From: Bryobacteraceae bacterium
GTDB lineage: Bacteria; Acidobacteriota; Terriglobia; Bryobacterales; Bryobacteraceae
Direction of reading: 5' to 3'
DNA length: 64,000 nt
Assembly (NCBI GenBank): GCA_025980665.1
Contig: JAICXC010000009.1
Coordinates: 209 to 64,208, forward strand
Shown: positions 1 to 9,206 of the stretch, piece by piece
Numbering within the stretch: position 1 is the first letter of the stretch
Layout: the number at the start of each line of letters is the position of its first letter
Program-made: the position numbers and the translations under genes
Notes under the pieces: generated by a model
The model's input: only the letters and a program-made list of their open reading frames with translations
The model's database searches: none
Told to the model about the DNA's origin: nothing

Positions 1-905
1 ATGCCGCCGACCACCAACGAAACCGATGCAATGACCGCCAGCAGCAACGCCATGACACGGGCGGAGGACTCCTGAGCGGCAAACACCTCCTCGAGATTGC
101 GGATGGTGAAATCGTCCTCTTGAGCTGCTTGTAAGTGGTGCCGCTGACGCAGCAGAGCCCGAACTTGGGTTTGCGCTGCCTGAATCGTGGAAGACGCGGT
201 CGCTTGCACCATAACTGTGCCCACCGCGCCGGCACTGGCCTGGCTGGCGCCCAGTACTCTCTTCTTGGCCGTGGATAGCGGTATCAGAACCACGTCGTCC
301 TGATCCTGGCCGGTCGGAGATTGTCCCTTGGCTGCGAGCAGCCCGATCACCGTGAGAGGAACGTTGCGGATGCGCACGATCTGACCCACGGGATCCTCTC
401 CAGGGAACAAGTTAGCTGCTACCGTTCTGCCGAGCAGCACAACCTTATTGGCAGATTCCAGATCTTTGGAAGTGAACGCAACACCTCGCTCGATACTGAG
501 GGCGCGGATGGTCAGAAACTCGGGGGTGACACCTTGTATGGAAGTAGCCCAGTTATTATTCCCACCGATAACTTGCTGCCCCTGCCGGACCACTGGAGCC
601 ACCAGACCGACGGCCGGACATTGCGCCGCGATCGCTCGGGCGTCGTCTTCGGTAAGGGTTAAGGCAATACCGCTTCCGAGCCGAATCCCGGAGGTCGTGA
701 TGCTGCCGGGAAGGACCATGATCAGATTGCTTCCAAGGCTCGCGATTTGTTGTTGGATCCGCGCTGTGGCGCCAGCACCCACCGCTATCGTCGCGATCAC
801 GGCGGCGACGCCGATAATCACTCCCAACATCGTAAGGGCAGCCCGAACTTTATTTGTCCGCAGAGCGCCGTATGCGATCTCGAGGCTGGGGACAATGGGC
901 GTCAT
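1..905 (-). CDS. MacB-type ABC efflux permease (FtsX family), N-terminal part only; ORF runs off the window start
   Basis: Own translation of the minus strand from ATG 905-903 (ATGA overlap with the upstream ATPase stop): MTPIVPSLEIAYGALRTNKVRAALTMLGVIIGVAAVIATIAVG..., i.e. one TM helix then a periplasmic MacB-like segment. There is no stop before position 1. It is absent from the ORF track because it is open-ended. Confidence 0.8.
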   Translation of the reverse strand, partial: MTPIVPSLEIAYGALRTNKVRAALTMLGVIIGVAAVIATIAVGAGATARIQQQIASLGSNLIMVLPGSITTSGIRLGSGIALTLTEDDARAIAAQCPAVGLVAPVVRQGQQVIGGNNNWATSIQGVTPEFLTIRALSIERGVAFTSKDLESANKVVLLGRTVAANLFPGEDPVGQIVRIRNVPLTVIGLLAAKGQSPTGQDQDDVVLIPLSTAKKRVLGASQASAGAVGTVMVQATASSTIQAAQTQVRALLRQRHHLQAAQEDDFTIRNLEEVFAAQESSARVMALLLAVIASVSLVVGG

Positions 906-1672
906 AATGCTACGACTTCCTGTTCGTCGCTGGCGTCTTCGACCAAAGGCATTTCCAGCAGTTCCCGGTCGGCATTGCGCGGAACAGCAATCCTGCGGTC
1001 ATCCAGTATCCTGCCATCACGGAAGCGGATGATGCGGCTCGCATGCGCGGCGATGTCCGGCTCATGGGTCACCATCACCAGGGTGATTCCGGATTCGCGA
1101 TTCAACCGTTGGAAGATCGCCATGATCTCGATGCTGGTTCTGGAATCCAGCGCGCCAGTCGGCTCGTCGGCCAGGATGATTTCTGGACGATTTACCAGTG
1201 CACGAGCGATCGCAACACGCTGCTGCTGCCCGCCGGAGAGCTGGTTGGGATGATGATCCGCGTATTCCGCAAGGCCCATCATCTTGAGGGCGGCCAGGGC
1301 GCGCTGCCGCCGGTTAAGCACCGGCCCCCGCCAATAGAGCATGGGCAACTCCACATTGGCGAGCGCCGTGGTCCTCGGCAACAGATTGAAATTCTGGAAT
1401 ACAAATCCGATCTTCTTGTTCCGAAGGGCCGCCAACTGATTGCGTGTCAGGTGGCAGACATCGAGCCCATCCAGAAAATACCGTCCTGCGGTGGGGCGAT
1501 CAAGACAGCCGACGGCATTCAGGAATGTCGACTTTCCGGAGCCGGAGGGTCCCATGAGCGCCACAAATTCGCCTCGGTCAATCGTGAGCGTAATGCCGCG
1601 CAAAGCCCGGACAACGACATCGCTTGTCCGATAGACTTTGGTCACCCCCTGAAGTTGGATGAGCGCAGGCAT
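902..1672 (-). CDS. ABC transporter ATP-binding protein, MacB/LolD family
   Basis: Walker A GPSGSGKST, signature LSGGQQQRVAIARAL and Walker B ILADEPTGALD. It lies between the adaptor and the permease. Confidence 0.9.
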   Translation of the reverse strand: MPALIQLQGVTKVYRTSDVVVRALRGITLTIDRGEFVALMGPSGSGKSTFLNAVGCLDRPTAGRYFLDGLDVCHLTRNQLAALRNKKIGFVFQNFNLLPRTTALANVELPMLYWRGPVLNRRQRALAALKMMGLAEYADHHPNQLSGGQQQRVAIARALVNRPEIILADEPTGALDSRTSIEIMAIFQRLNRESGITLVMVTHEPDIAAHASRIIRFRDGRILDDRRIAVPRNADRELLEMPLVEDASDEQEVVAL

Positions 1673-1682
1673 TGAGGCTACC

Positions 1683-3173
1683 TCAAAACCTCCTAGGAAT
1701 GGACGGCGCCGCGGACGCGGGCGCAGAAGCCGGCGCGGTTGTGCTTATTCCGTCGATCACCTGCTGGTTTGCGCTGAGGCCGCCGTCTTCGACCTCCGTG
1801 AAATTGCCATCAGTAATTCCTAGCTTCACTGGAATGGCCCGCACCTTTCCATTAGGCGCTGCGATGTAGACAACTCCTGCGTTGCCGACCTGCGCTCTAG
1901 TCACGGGACTGGCCGCTTCGATCAAGGATTCGGGAGGCCGGAAGCGCAGAGCGGCGTTCGGCACTCTCAACACATTTTCAGCGCGCTGCGTGAGGATCGT
2001 GACATTTGCAGTCATGCCTGGAAACAGCTTCAAGTCAGGGTTCCCGACTTCGATCACGGCATCGTAGGTGATCACGTTCTGCACGTTGATCGGAGCCTTT
2101 CGAATCTGGGAGACTCGGCCTTTGAAAAGGGTGGCAGGATACGCATCGACCGTGAATGTGGCTTGCTGGTCTACCGCGAGGCGACCCACGTCGGATTCGG
2201 CGACGTTGGTGTCCACCTGCATTTTGGTTAGGTCTTGCGCGATTTCGAAGATAGTCGGCGCCTGGAAGGAAGCAGCCACAGTTTGCCCCACGTCCATGCG
2301 CCGCGCCACGACGGTTCCATCCACAGGAGCGGTGATGCGCGTGTGGGCCAAGTCAATGCGACTCTGATTCAGGGAAGCCAGGTTGAGATCGACTTCATCC
2401 TGGAACATGGTTACATTGCTGTTTGCGGCTCGGACAGCAGCCTCTTCGGACTGGATATTGTGTTCGGCGGCATCATGTTGGGCTTCGGCTGCCTGCTGGT
2501 CCGCGATGGCTTCGTCATAGGTGGCTTGCGCCGTGTCCAGGTCTTCTTTTGAGATGATTTTGCCGGCGAACATTTCCTTGCGCCTGGCAAGCTTCGCATT
2601 GGCGTCGGACACAGCCACCTTGGCCTTGGCGATCGCCGCTGCCTGATTAACTTCCGCCGCTCGCGCACTGGATAGATCCGCCTCCGTTTTTTGCGCGGCA
2701 GCACGGGCGTTCTCGAAGGCGGCCTGAGAATTGCGCCAAGCCGCGTCGGCTTGTTTGACCTTGGCTTCGAACATTTCGGGATCGATCAAGGCAACCAACT
2801 GGCCGGCTTTCACGCGAGTGTTGAAGTCTGCATAGAGCGCTTTGATATTTCCGGAGACCTGACTTCCCACTTGGACGTCAACGACCGCGTTGCACGTACC
2901 CGTAGCCGAAACCGTAGACTCAATCGTTCCCCTCTGCAATTGTGTGAAATGGAACTTCGGCGCTTCGCCCCGGTTGGCAAGTCTCCACGTAAGCATTGCC
3001 GCGACTGCGACGATTCCGACAATCGCCGCTGTAATCGTAAGCCTTCTTCGGGAATGTCCTACGGGGGACTCGGGTTCCGGGACGGTTATCGTGCTGAAGT
3101 CTTTTTCTAGCATGCTGGGGAGCGGTTGAGCTGTTGGCGTTTCGTTGATGGCCGCGAATGTCGTCCTCATCAC
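1683..3173 (-). CDS. HlyD/MacA-type periplasmic adaptor subunit of an efflux pump
   Basis: N-terminal TM anchor, a long Ala/Gln/Glu-rich coiled-coil segment, barrel-sandwich motifs (VKAGQLVALIDP, ITAPVDGTV) and operon position upstream of the ABC ATPase. The start codon is uncertain. Confidence 0.85.
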   Translation of the reverse strand: MMRTTFAAINETPTAQPLPSMLEKDFSTITVPEPESPVGHSRRRLTITAAIVGIVAVAAMLTWRLANRGEAPKFHFTQLQRGTIESTVSATGTCNAVVDVQVGSQVSGNIKALYADFNTRVKAGQLVALIDPEMFEAKVKQADAAWRNSQAAFENARAAAQKTEADLSSARAAEVNQAAAIAKAKVAVSDANAKLARRKEMFAGKIISKEDLDTAQATYDEAIADQQAAEAQHDAAEHNIQSEEAAVRAANSNVTMFQDEVDLNLASLNQSRIDLAHTRITAPVDGTVVARRMDVGQTVAASFQAPTIFEIAQDLTKMQVDTNVAESDVGRLAVDQQATFTVDAYPATLFKGRVSQIRKAPINVQNVITYDAVIEVGNPDLKLFPGMTANVTILTQRAENVLRVPNAALRFRPPESLIEAASPVTRAQVGNAGVVYIAAPNGKVRAIPVKLGITDGNFTEVEDGGLSANQQVIDGISTTAPASAPASAAPSIPRRF

Positions 3174-3247
3174 CTGTTCTAGAGCACGCCGCGAGCCGAC
3201 CGCTAATACCCTGCGTGCTATGAACTTGCGATCTTGACAACCTTTAC

Positions 3248-3307
3248 GAGAATCATGACCTGCGTGAAATCCCGCAGCGCCGAAGCTCAGCGCGGAACAT
3301 GATTCTC
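3248..3307 (-). promoter_or_regulatory. Structured leader element: perfect 10-bp inverted repeat enclosing a conserved hairpin
   Basis: GAGAATCATG (3248-3257) pairs with CATGATTCTC (3298-3307). The inner hairpin is CTGCG-TGAAATCC-CGCAG. The 15-mer GTGAAATCCCGCAGC (3264-3278) recurs at 16784-16798. It lies about 90 nt upstream of the adaptor gene start. Confidence 0.3.
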
Positions 3308-3530
3308 AAACCCCGCGACACGCGCTCGCGCTGGACCAGAACAACACGACGGTTGGCACGTCCGCTGCCATTGGAGTGCTTTGGTGCTCTGTGGGTCGAA
3401 ATCCACCGTGCAAATCACATGCCGCACGTGGGATCGGCCCCCCCTTGTCTTCCAGGTGCGCTTCGGCCCAAATTGGGCACTCGCGTTGTGTGAATTTGCG
3501 AAGCCACCGTAAGGCTGCAGTGTATTTCGG

Positions 3531-4064
3531 TTAGCGAAATCCAGTTAAGTGCTCGTAGTTCATCGGCATTCTGACCTCCGAGGACAAATCGCCTTTCTCT
3601 TCGGCTGCTTCTGCCGGTTGGTGAACGCGATCCGCCCACATCGCCGCCAGAGCATCGATGATTTCACGGTCGCTGAGGCTTGAACGTCCGCCACCTGCCC
3701 GAAAGATGATGTCGTCAATCGAAAGGATCCCGACCAGCCGGCCGGTTTCATCAACGACAGGCAACCGACTGATTTCCTGGGTGGCCATCGTGTTCAAGGC
3801 GTTCCGCACATCGATATCGGGACTACAGCTGAAGTACCCAGGAGGTGAAACTTCCCGTGCAAGCACCTCCGATGCGCGGATGTTCCTTGTTCCAAGGGCT
3901 ATACAAATATCTCGGTCCGTAATCATGCCCATCACTCTTCCCGAGCCATCCAGAATCGGCACGACTCCGCATCTGTTCTTCCACATCACTTCGGCTAACT
4001 CCGCTAGATTGTTTTCCGGGCGGCAGGAGCTTACGTTTCTAGTCATCAAATCTCTCACTAGCAT
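3531..4064 (-). CDS. CBS domain pair protein
   Basis: Two CBS repeats: LMTRNVSSCRPENNLAELAEVM...VVPILDGSGRVMGMITDRDI and ...LPVVDETGRLVGILSIDDII. Confidence 0.8.
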   Translation of the reverse strand: MLVRDLMTRNVSSCRPENNLAELAEVMWKNRCGVVPILDGSGRVMGMITDRDICIALGTRNIRASEVLAREVSPPGYFSCSPDIDVRNALNTMATQEISRLPVVDETGRLVGILSIDDIIFRAGGGRSSLSDREIIDALAAMWADRVHQPAEAAEEKGDLSSEVRMPMNYEHLTGFR

Positions 4065-4605
4065 GACAACAACCTACCCTTCGTTACCGGAGTCTGCAAC
4101 CCTGCTTCCATCCAGATGGCGTCAAGCAGAGCACCAAAGCCTAAAGAACTTACGGGGAAGCTAAGCGTCCTTGTGAAAGACATCTCTGACGACGGGTGAG
4201 AAGGTCACAAGCGGGGCGCAAAGCGCACTTGTCACAAGCACTGTACGGAGCGCACACCCGTTACCCTTAGGCGTCGGTCCCGCTCGTGCCATGACTTCCC
4301 CCTCCCTAGCGGCCTCAAACGCCTTGCGAAGGTGCTGAATCTCCCAAAGGCCAGGAATTCGAGGAGACGTCATCCCGCAGCTGCGCTATCCCGCGAGCCG
4401 TAGCCTCCCGCGTCTATTGAGAGATTAGTCAGCGTGACAGATACCTCTCTGCGCCCGCATGATCGTTCGTTGGAAGCTACCCACATCTTTTGGTGCTGTG
4501 ATCATTGCGAGAAGGCGAGAACCGCCGTGTGTCTTAGCGAGTCAGCCCAGTGGGCGCCAAAGTGCACGTGCCTGAAAGGATGGCATTCGCCGAAAGAGAG
4601 GGTTG

Positions 4606-5691
4606 ATGACTCGAAGCGTCGGGTGGATAGTGTTGCTGGTATCGAGTTACATTTGGGCGGCCGATGCACGAAATGGAGCTCTCGTACTTGAACAGCAGGG
4701 CTGTCAGCAGTGTCATGCCGTTCGGGGACAAGGCCTCGAACACGAGACTCCCGTGATCGCCCGCGACTTGGGGGAACGCCTGGCTCCGACCTACGGTCCT
4801 CACACGCTCGCCAGTGCGTTGTGGAATCATACTCCTGCGATGTGGGCCGAATTTTCAGCCCGCGGTATCACCGCCCCCGCCGCCACTGAATCGGAATGGA
4901 GGGATCTATTCGCATACTTCTACTCTTTGCAGTTCTTTGAGCCCCCGGCCGAAGTCGGACGCGGAAAACAAGTGCTTGAGAGCAAGCACTGCACCAGTTG
5001 CCACTCTCTATCGAGAGCTGCCACAGGACGCGGTCCTTCGGTAGTGGACTGGGCCCAAATGGACGATCCGGTGACGTTGGTCTATCAACTGTGGAATCAC
5101 GCTTCCTCCATGAAGAACGCCTTCGCCCGCAATAAGATCGAATGGAAAACGCTGACTGGCCGGGACCTGGTAGATCTCACGGCGTATGTCCAAAGCATTC
5201 AGAACCTGGTTCCGAACCGTCAGTTTTCTCTGCCCGGGCCTGAGAGTGGTAAGCCGCTGTTCGATGCGAATTGTGGCCTCTGCCACCGGGATTCTCTCTC
5301 GCTGGCCATGAACCTTCGGAATAAGACGTGGATGGATATCGGTGCGGGCATCTGGAATCACTCACAGAAGATGCCGGCCGTCCGCATGGTGGCCTCCGAC
5401 GATATGCGGAAAATACTAGCTTATGTCTGGCAACTGCAATATGATGGCCCGCCCGGCAACCGCGTGCTCGGCCAGAAAGCATTCATCGAAAAAGGATGTA
5501 TCGAGTGCCACCGAAGTCCATTCAAGGATGGGAAACACATCACCGCGTTTTCCATAGTGGCAGCCGCGTGGGGCCCGGCGAGATACGCGCACCACCAGAT
5601 GCTGGAGCGGGGACTTCCGTGGCCGAATCTATCTCCAGCCGATGTCTCTAACCTCGTGGCTTTCCTAAATTCGCGCGATTCGGCTCGATGA
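4606..5691 (+). CDS. Secreted c-type cytochrome with four CxxCH sites (four tandem class-I-like modules)
   Basis: Signal peptide MTRSVGWIVLLVSSYIWAADA. Haem sites CQQCH, CTSCH, CGLCH and CIECH. Recurring WNH motif (ALWNHTPAMW, QLWNHASSMK, GIWNHSQKM). RBS AGAGAGGG upstream. Paralogue of 25130-26239. Confidence 0.8.
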   Translation: MTRSVGWIVLLVSSYIWAADARNGALVLEQQGCQQCHAVRGQGLEHETPVIARDLGERLAPTYGPHTLASALWNHTPAMWAEFSARGITAPAATESEWRDLFAYFYSLQFFEPPAEVGRGKQVLESKHCTSCHSLSRAATGRGPSVVDWAQMDDPVTLVYQLWNHASSMKNAFARNKIEWKTLTGRDLVDLTAYVQSIQNLVPNRQFSLPGPESGKPLFDANCGLCHRDSLSLAMNLRNKTWMDIGAGIWNHSQKMPAVRMVASDDMRKILAYVWQLQYDGPPGNRVLGQKAFIEKGCIECHRSPFKDGKHITAFSIVAAAWGPARYAHHQMLERGLPWPNLSPADVSNLVAFLNSRDSAR

Positions 5692-5783
5692 ACCGCGCCA
5701 AGTGGCGCAATTGCGAGCCGCCAATGCGGTTTTCTCCCTTTCAGTCGCGCGTCTACAGTCCGGTAAGTCCCCTGCAGTGAAGG

Positions 5784-6466
5784 TTGCTAGATACATCAAA
5801 AATGACCGCATCAACACTGAACGCGACGTCCACAATCCTGGATAGCGGTGCAATGAAACTTCTGGCCGGATGCCGCGATCCATGTATCACTATTGTCGTT
5901 CCGGCCCATCATCCGGGAGCACGGGAAGGTTCCCGCGAGGCCTCCTCTAGAAGACCTCGCCCGGGAGTCCGGCGCGGAGGCCGGGGGACCGGGGTTCGCG
6001 ATCTTCCGTTCGCCGGAGTACACGGCGACATATCGTCTCCCCCGACCGGCCGGTGAAGAAGTTGGTGATCGTCGATCACTTCTACCTAACGCCGTTCGTG
6101 GCAGAGGCCTTCGCGCCGCACGAATTCTTCGTGCTCGGGCTCAGCATGAAACATCTGAGGCTGTTTCGGTACGTGAACGGGTAGTGCCGGGAATTGCCAC
6201 TGCCGGCCGATGTGCCCATGAGCCTGGAGGCCGCGGGTGGATTCGACAAACCCGATCATCAGTTGGAGAACCGGTCCGCATCCGGTCCATCAACCGGCGA
6301 TATGCGCGGAGTCCACGTTGGAACTCTGTCGGATCGAGAGGCGTTCCCCGAGTACCTTCATTATTTCTTCGAAATCGTAGACCGTGGACTGAAGCTGATT
6401 CTAAACGGCAATTCACTCTTGCTAATGGGCGTTGAGGAGCAGGTCGCTGCTTACCGTCGAGTTGCA
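5784..6466 (+). pseudogene. Disrupted baeRF-like (bacterial eRF1-like) family gene: two frameshifts plus an in-frame TAG
   Basis: The coding signal hops frames. Frame 0 gives ...KLLAGCRDPCITIVVPAHHPGAREGS. Frame 1 gives ...LEDLARESGAEAGGPGFAIFRSPEYTATYRLPRP. Frame 2 gives VKKLVIVDHFYLTPFVAEAFAPHEFFVLGLSMKHLRLFRYVNG*CRELPLPADVPMSLEAAGGFDKPDH...PEYLHYFFEIVDRGLKLILNGNSLLLMGVEEQVAAYRRV. The TAG is at 6182-6184. Family assignment is from memory of the family pattern. Confidence 0.5.
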
Positions 6467-6523
6467 ACCATATCTTTACAACCGACTGTCTGGGCAATCC
6501 CTTCAAAGACCGGAGCGAAAGCT

Positions 6524-6826
6524 AACGCATCAACTGTACGGGAACTCGAGAATGTCATCGGCCACGCCTGCATGATGACGCTAGGGGATACCATCGACGT
6601 GCAAGATCTGCCTCCCTACTTGTTGACTGAGGGCGAGCCGGGAAGCGATCCGGCGGGCATGCTCGTCCCCGAGCCAAAATCTGTCGCGGGAACGGTGGAA
6701 GCACAGGAACGCGCACTGATCCAGCGCGCCATGCAGGCTGCAGCCGGCAATCAATCCCAGGCGGCGCGCACTCTACACATCGGCCGCGACGCGCTTCGCT
6801 ATAAACTCAAGAAACACAATCTCTGA
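6524..6826 (+). pseudogene. C-terminal remnant of a sigma-54-dependent (NtrC-family) activator fused in frame to the preceding remnant
   Basis: Only the end of the AAA+ module (STVRELENVIGHACMM...DLPPYL) and the Fis-type HTH (QERALIQRAMQAAAGNQSQAARTLHIGRDALRYKLKKHNL) are present. There are no Walker A/B or GAFTGA motifs upstream. Confidence 0.7.
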
Positions 6827-7406
6827 CCGTAGTTGCAGGCCCTACATGCGCTACGAATTCATCGACCAGTTTATCTAGCGCAGCCCAATCCGTATATTCG
6901 TGGTCCTTCGATGTATCGGTCGTGCCTCCCGCCCGGTGGGAAATGCGCTTCATAACAAAACGAAGGAGGAAATTATATTTCGTATACAGGAGCGCTCCGG
7001 CGACAGCCTTAATGCTGGATGGACGCCAGCCGGTTTCAGCAAGAAACTGGTCGATCATTCTCGTGGCGTCCGCTGCCGCTCGAGCGCGATTCTCAGGCGG
7101 CTCCATAGCGTCTTCGGCTCCCGCTTCGGAAAGACTCACGGACAAGAACGCTGTCGGAATTTGCTCCAGCTCCTTGACATGATCCTTCACAAATCTGACG
7201 ATTTCTTTCTCGTGACGACCGCCATGAACCGATGCGGCGACTATCGCGGCGGAATAGGAATCGAACGGAAATCCGTCCAAGATGTAGGCAGCATTCACAA
7301 CATTTGCCAAAAGACCGTGCGCCCGTATCGATGCGGCCATATGTTCGGCGATTCGTTGTGTTTGTCCTTCGTGAGTTGCGTATAAGACAAGGATTGGTTC
7401 CATCAT
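6807..7406 (-). CDS. hemG: Flavodoxin-like, menaquinone-dependent protoporphyrinogen oxidase
   Basis: ILVLYATHEGQTQRIAEHMA at the N-terminus. The long-loop region AGALLYTKYNFLLRFVMKRISHRAGGTTDTSKDHEYTDWAAL closely parallels E. coli HemG as I recall it. Confidence 0.85.
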   Translation of the reverse strand: MMEPILVLYATHEGQTQRIAEHMAASIRAHGLLANVVNAAYILDGFPFDSYSAAIVAASVHGGRHEKEIVRFVKDHVKELEQIPTAFLSVSLSEAGAEDAMEPPENRARAAADATRMIDQFLAETGWRPSSIKAVAGALLYTKYNFLLRFVMKRISHRAGGTTDTSKDHEYTDWAALDKLVDEFVAHVGPATTVRDCVS

Positions 7407-7424
7407 GTTTTTCCTCGCCCGTCA

Positions 7425-8282
7425 TTAGATACTCAATACCGGACATGGGGTGTGGCGGATGATGCTGTAAGCGTTGGTCCGCAAACGGCCCATGGTCCCC
7501 TGTAAAGTTCCTCTGCCGATAATAATCAGGTCCGTATTGTGACGTTCCGCTTCGGCTCGGACCACCTGGGCTACGTCTCCCACTCCCACGCATATCGGTG
7601 AGGTATTCCCAACGGACTTTTGTAGATTCTCGATGACCAATCGGGCGTCGCTTCGCAGCGTCTTTTCGAATTCATCGTCTAATCGTCGCTCGGGCCATCC
7701 ACTAATTCCGGATACCGCATGAACCAGCCGAAGCTGAGCATCAGTAAGCTCCGCGTACTCGGCGGCCCACTGGATGAGAGCACTGCTCTGAGGCGTGGCA
7801 TCAATTGCACACAGGACATTGCTGCCAGTTATGTGTCCGCTCAGCGGCTGCTCCATGTGAGGCGCCGTCCAGACTGGACATTCGGCATCGTGCAGCACCT
7901 TGGCTGTGACCGAACCCAGCAGCAGGCTGCGAAACGGGCCGTAGCCGTGAGTCGGCATCATAATCAGGTCGACGCCTTTGGTGTGCGCGAACCGCGTGAT
8001 TATTTCTGCGGGATCGCCTATTTCGGCTATACGCTCCACCGTCAAGCCCTGGAACTCCGGCACAAATGTATTGTTCAGTTGCACCTCCAGGTCCTGTCTG
8101 AGCTCGGTCATATCGACGGGAATGGCCCCTTCACCAAGACCGGCTTGCCAGATGGGTGCCACGGCGGTCAGCAATGTGATCTTCGCACCTAGGCGGGTCG
8201 CGAGTGCCCGAACAAAAGGGGCGGTACCGCAGCATCGCTCAGAAAAATCGATTGGAAACAGTATATGTTTGATAGCCAGCAT
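7425..8282 (-). CDS. Tandem universal stress protein (two UspA domains)
   Basis: Likely start MLAIKHILFPIDFS at 8282, downstream of the cytochrome c stop at 8306. USP motifs VDLIMMPTHGYGPFRSLLLGSVTAKVLHDAECPVW and DLIIIGRGTLQGTMGRLRTNAYSIIRHTPCPVLSI. Paralogue of 14732-15592. Confidence 0.85.
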   Translation of the reverse strand: MLAIKHILFPIDFSERCCGTAPFVRALATRLGAKITLLTAVAPIWQAGLGEGAIPVDMTELRQDLEVQLNNTFVPEFQGLTVERIAEIGDPAEIITRFAHTKGVDLIMMPTHGYGPFRSLLLGSVTAKVLHDAECPVWTAPHMEQPLSGHITGSNVLCAIDATPQSSALIQWAAEYAELTDAQLRLVHAVSGISGWPERRLDDEFEKTLRSDARLVIENLQKSVGNTSPICVGVGDVAQVVRAEAERHNTDLIIIGRGTLQGTMGRLRTNAYSIIRHTPCPVLSI

Positions 8283-8305
8283 AAGTCCCCCTCTGAAGGG
8301 CAGAG

Positions 8306-8740
8306 TCACTTCACTTGAATCGCTTCGAGGTACATGGCGAGGCTGTATATCCGCACTCGACCTAGGTCTTGATCCCAGGAGACCTCCGAAAAGATCGGGC
8401 CCCACACAGGCATCTCACGCGTCCCGTGAGTCGATGGCGGTTGCTGTTCTCCTGAGATGATCTTCTGAACCTGCAGGAAGGGGAAAGAGCCTCCGTTGCG
8501 CAATGCGATCCGCGTCAGGTCCGGGGGTGCAATTCTTAACGATGCAGCCATAGGTCCACCACCCTTAGCGTCTTTCCCGTGACAGGTAGCGCAATATGCT
8601 TTAAACAACTCCGGTCCCTTGAACGAGTCCAAGAGCTGCTTCTCTTGTGGAGTCTGAACCGGGCGCTTCTGCGCCGCGCCTACCGCAAAGGTCAGGAATA
8701 TCCCCGCAGCGATGTAGATCCCAGCAATTCTTTTGAACAT
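8306..8740 (-). CDS. Monohaem class-I cytochrome c, secreted
   Basis: Single CATCH site (FKAYCATCHGKDAKGGGPMA) and signal peptide MFKRIAGIYIAAGIFLTFAVGAA. The ATG at 8740 has GAGGGG 6 nt upstream. Confidence 0.8.
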   Translation of the reverse strand: MFKRIAGIYIAAGIFLTFAVGAAQKRPVQTPQEKQLLDSFKGPELFKAYCATCHGKDAKGGGPMAASLRIAPPDLTRIALRNGGSFPFLQVQKIISGEQQPPSTHGTREMPVWGPIFSEVSWDQDLGRVRIYSLAMYLEAIQVK

Positions 8741-8750
8741 GGTCATCCCC

Positions 8751-9152
8751 TCAATTCTTGTGCTCACCGCTCTTGTCTTCGCGCCCCATCATCCCTCTGC
8801 TCATCATGTCTTGCATCATTTCCATCCTGTGGGATTGGGCCTTGACGCTGGTTTGCAATTGTTTGAGCAGTAACCCATGCCCGGCCAACTTCTGCTGAAG
8901 AGCCGTCGCGTCGTTTTCGGCCTCGATCGCTGCGAAGTTCTGGACGAGCTGGTCGACCAGCTTGGCAGTCTCACTTTGACCCATCATCGTTTGGGACATC
9001 ATTCTGCCGGATGTCATGCCGCCCGTTTTGCCAGTGTCGATCTTATCCGGCGGTGGCGCGGCTTGGTCTTCGTGGTGCCCTTCATGTTGAGCCACTGCGG
9101 CTGTTACCAATAGACCCATTGCGACCGCAATTGCGATAACCCCTGTTCTCAT
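8751..9152 (-). CDS. Secreted Met/His-rich protein (possible periplasmic metal-binding protein)
   Basis: Signal peptide MRTGVIAIAVAMGLLVTAAVA, then HEGHHED and Met-rich runs (MTSGRMMSQTMMGQ, HRMEMMQDMMSRGMMG). No family recognised. Confidence 0.55.
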   Translation of the reverse strand: MRTGVIAIAVAMGLLVTAAVAQHEGHHEDQAAPPPDKIDTGKTGGMTSGRMMSQTMMGQSETAKLVDQLVQNFAAIEAENDATALQQKLAGHGLLLKQLQTSVKAQSHRMEMMQDMMSRGMMGREDKSGEHKN

Positions 9153-9206
9153 GTGAACCTCCGCATATCTCTAGGGCATCTTCATAGCCACGATGCAACA
9201 ACCCTA

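Noticed and set aside
3264-3278. GGTGAAATCC-like core resembling the conserved GGTG..AA.TCC block of cobalamin riboswitches, at both copies of the 15-mer.
   Set aside because: There is no upstream GGGAA element and no B12 box (..GCCACTG..). There is no cobalamin-related gene downstream. The similarity is limited to about 10 nt.
3355-3370. A sigma-54-type promoter-like sequence, TGGCACG-N4-CTGC, lies on the plus strand. A second candidate, TGGCAC-N6-TTGC, lies at 22421-22436.
   Set aside because: The first has correct spacing, but no plus-strand gene lies downstream, because the next genes are on the minus strand. The second has the wrong spacing (N6 instead of N5). No intact sigma-54 activator is in the window.
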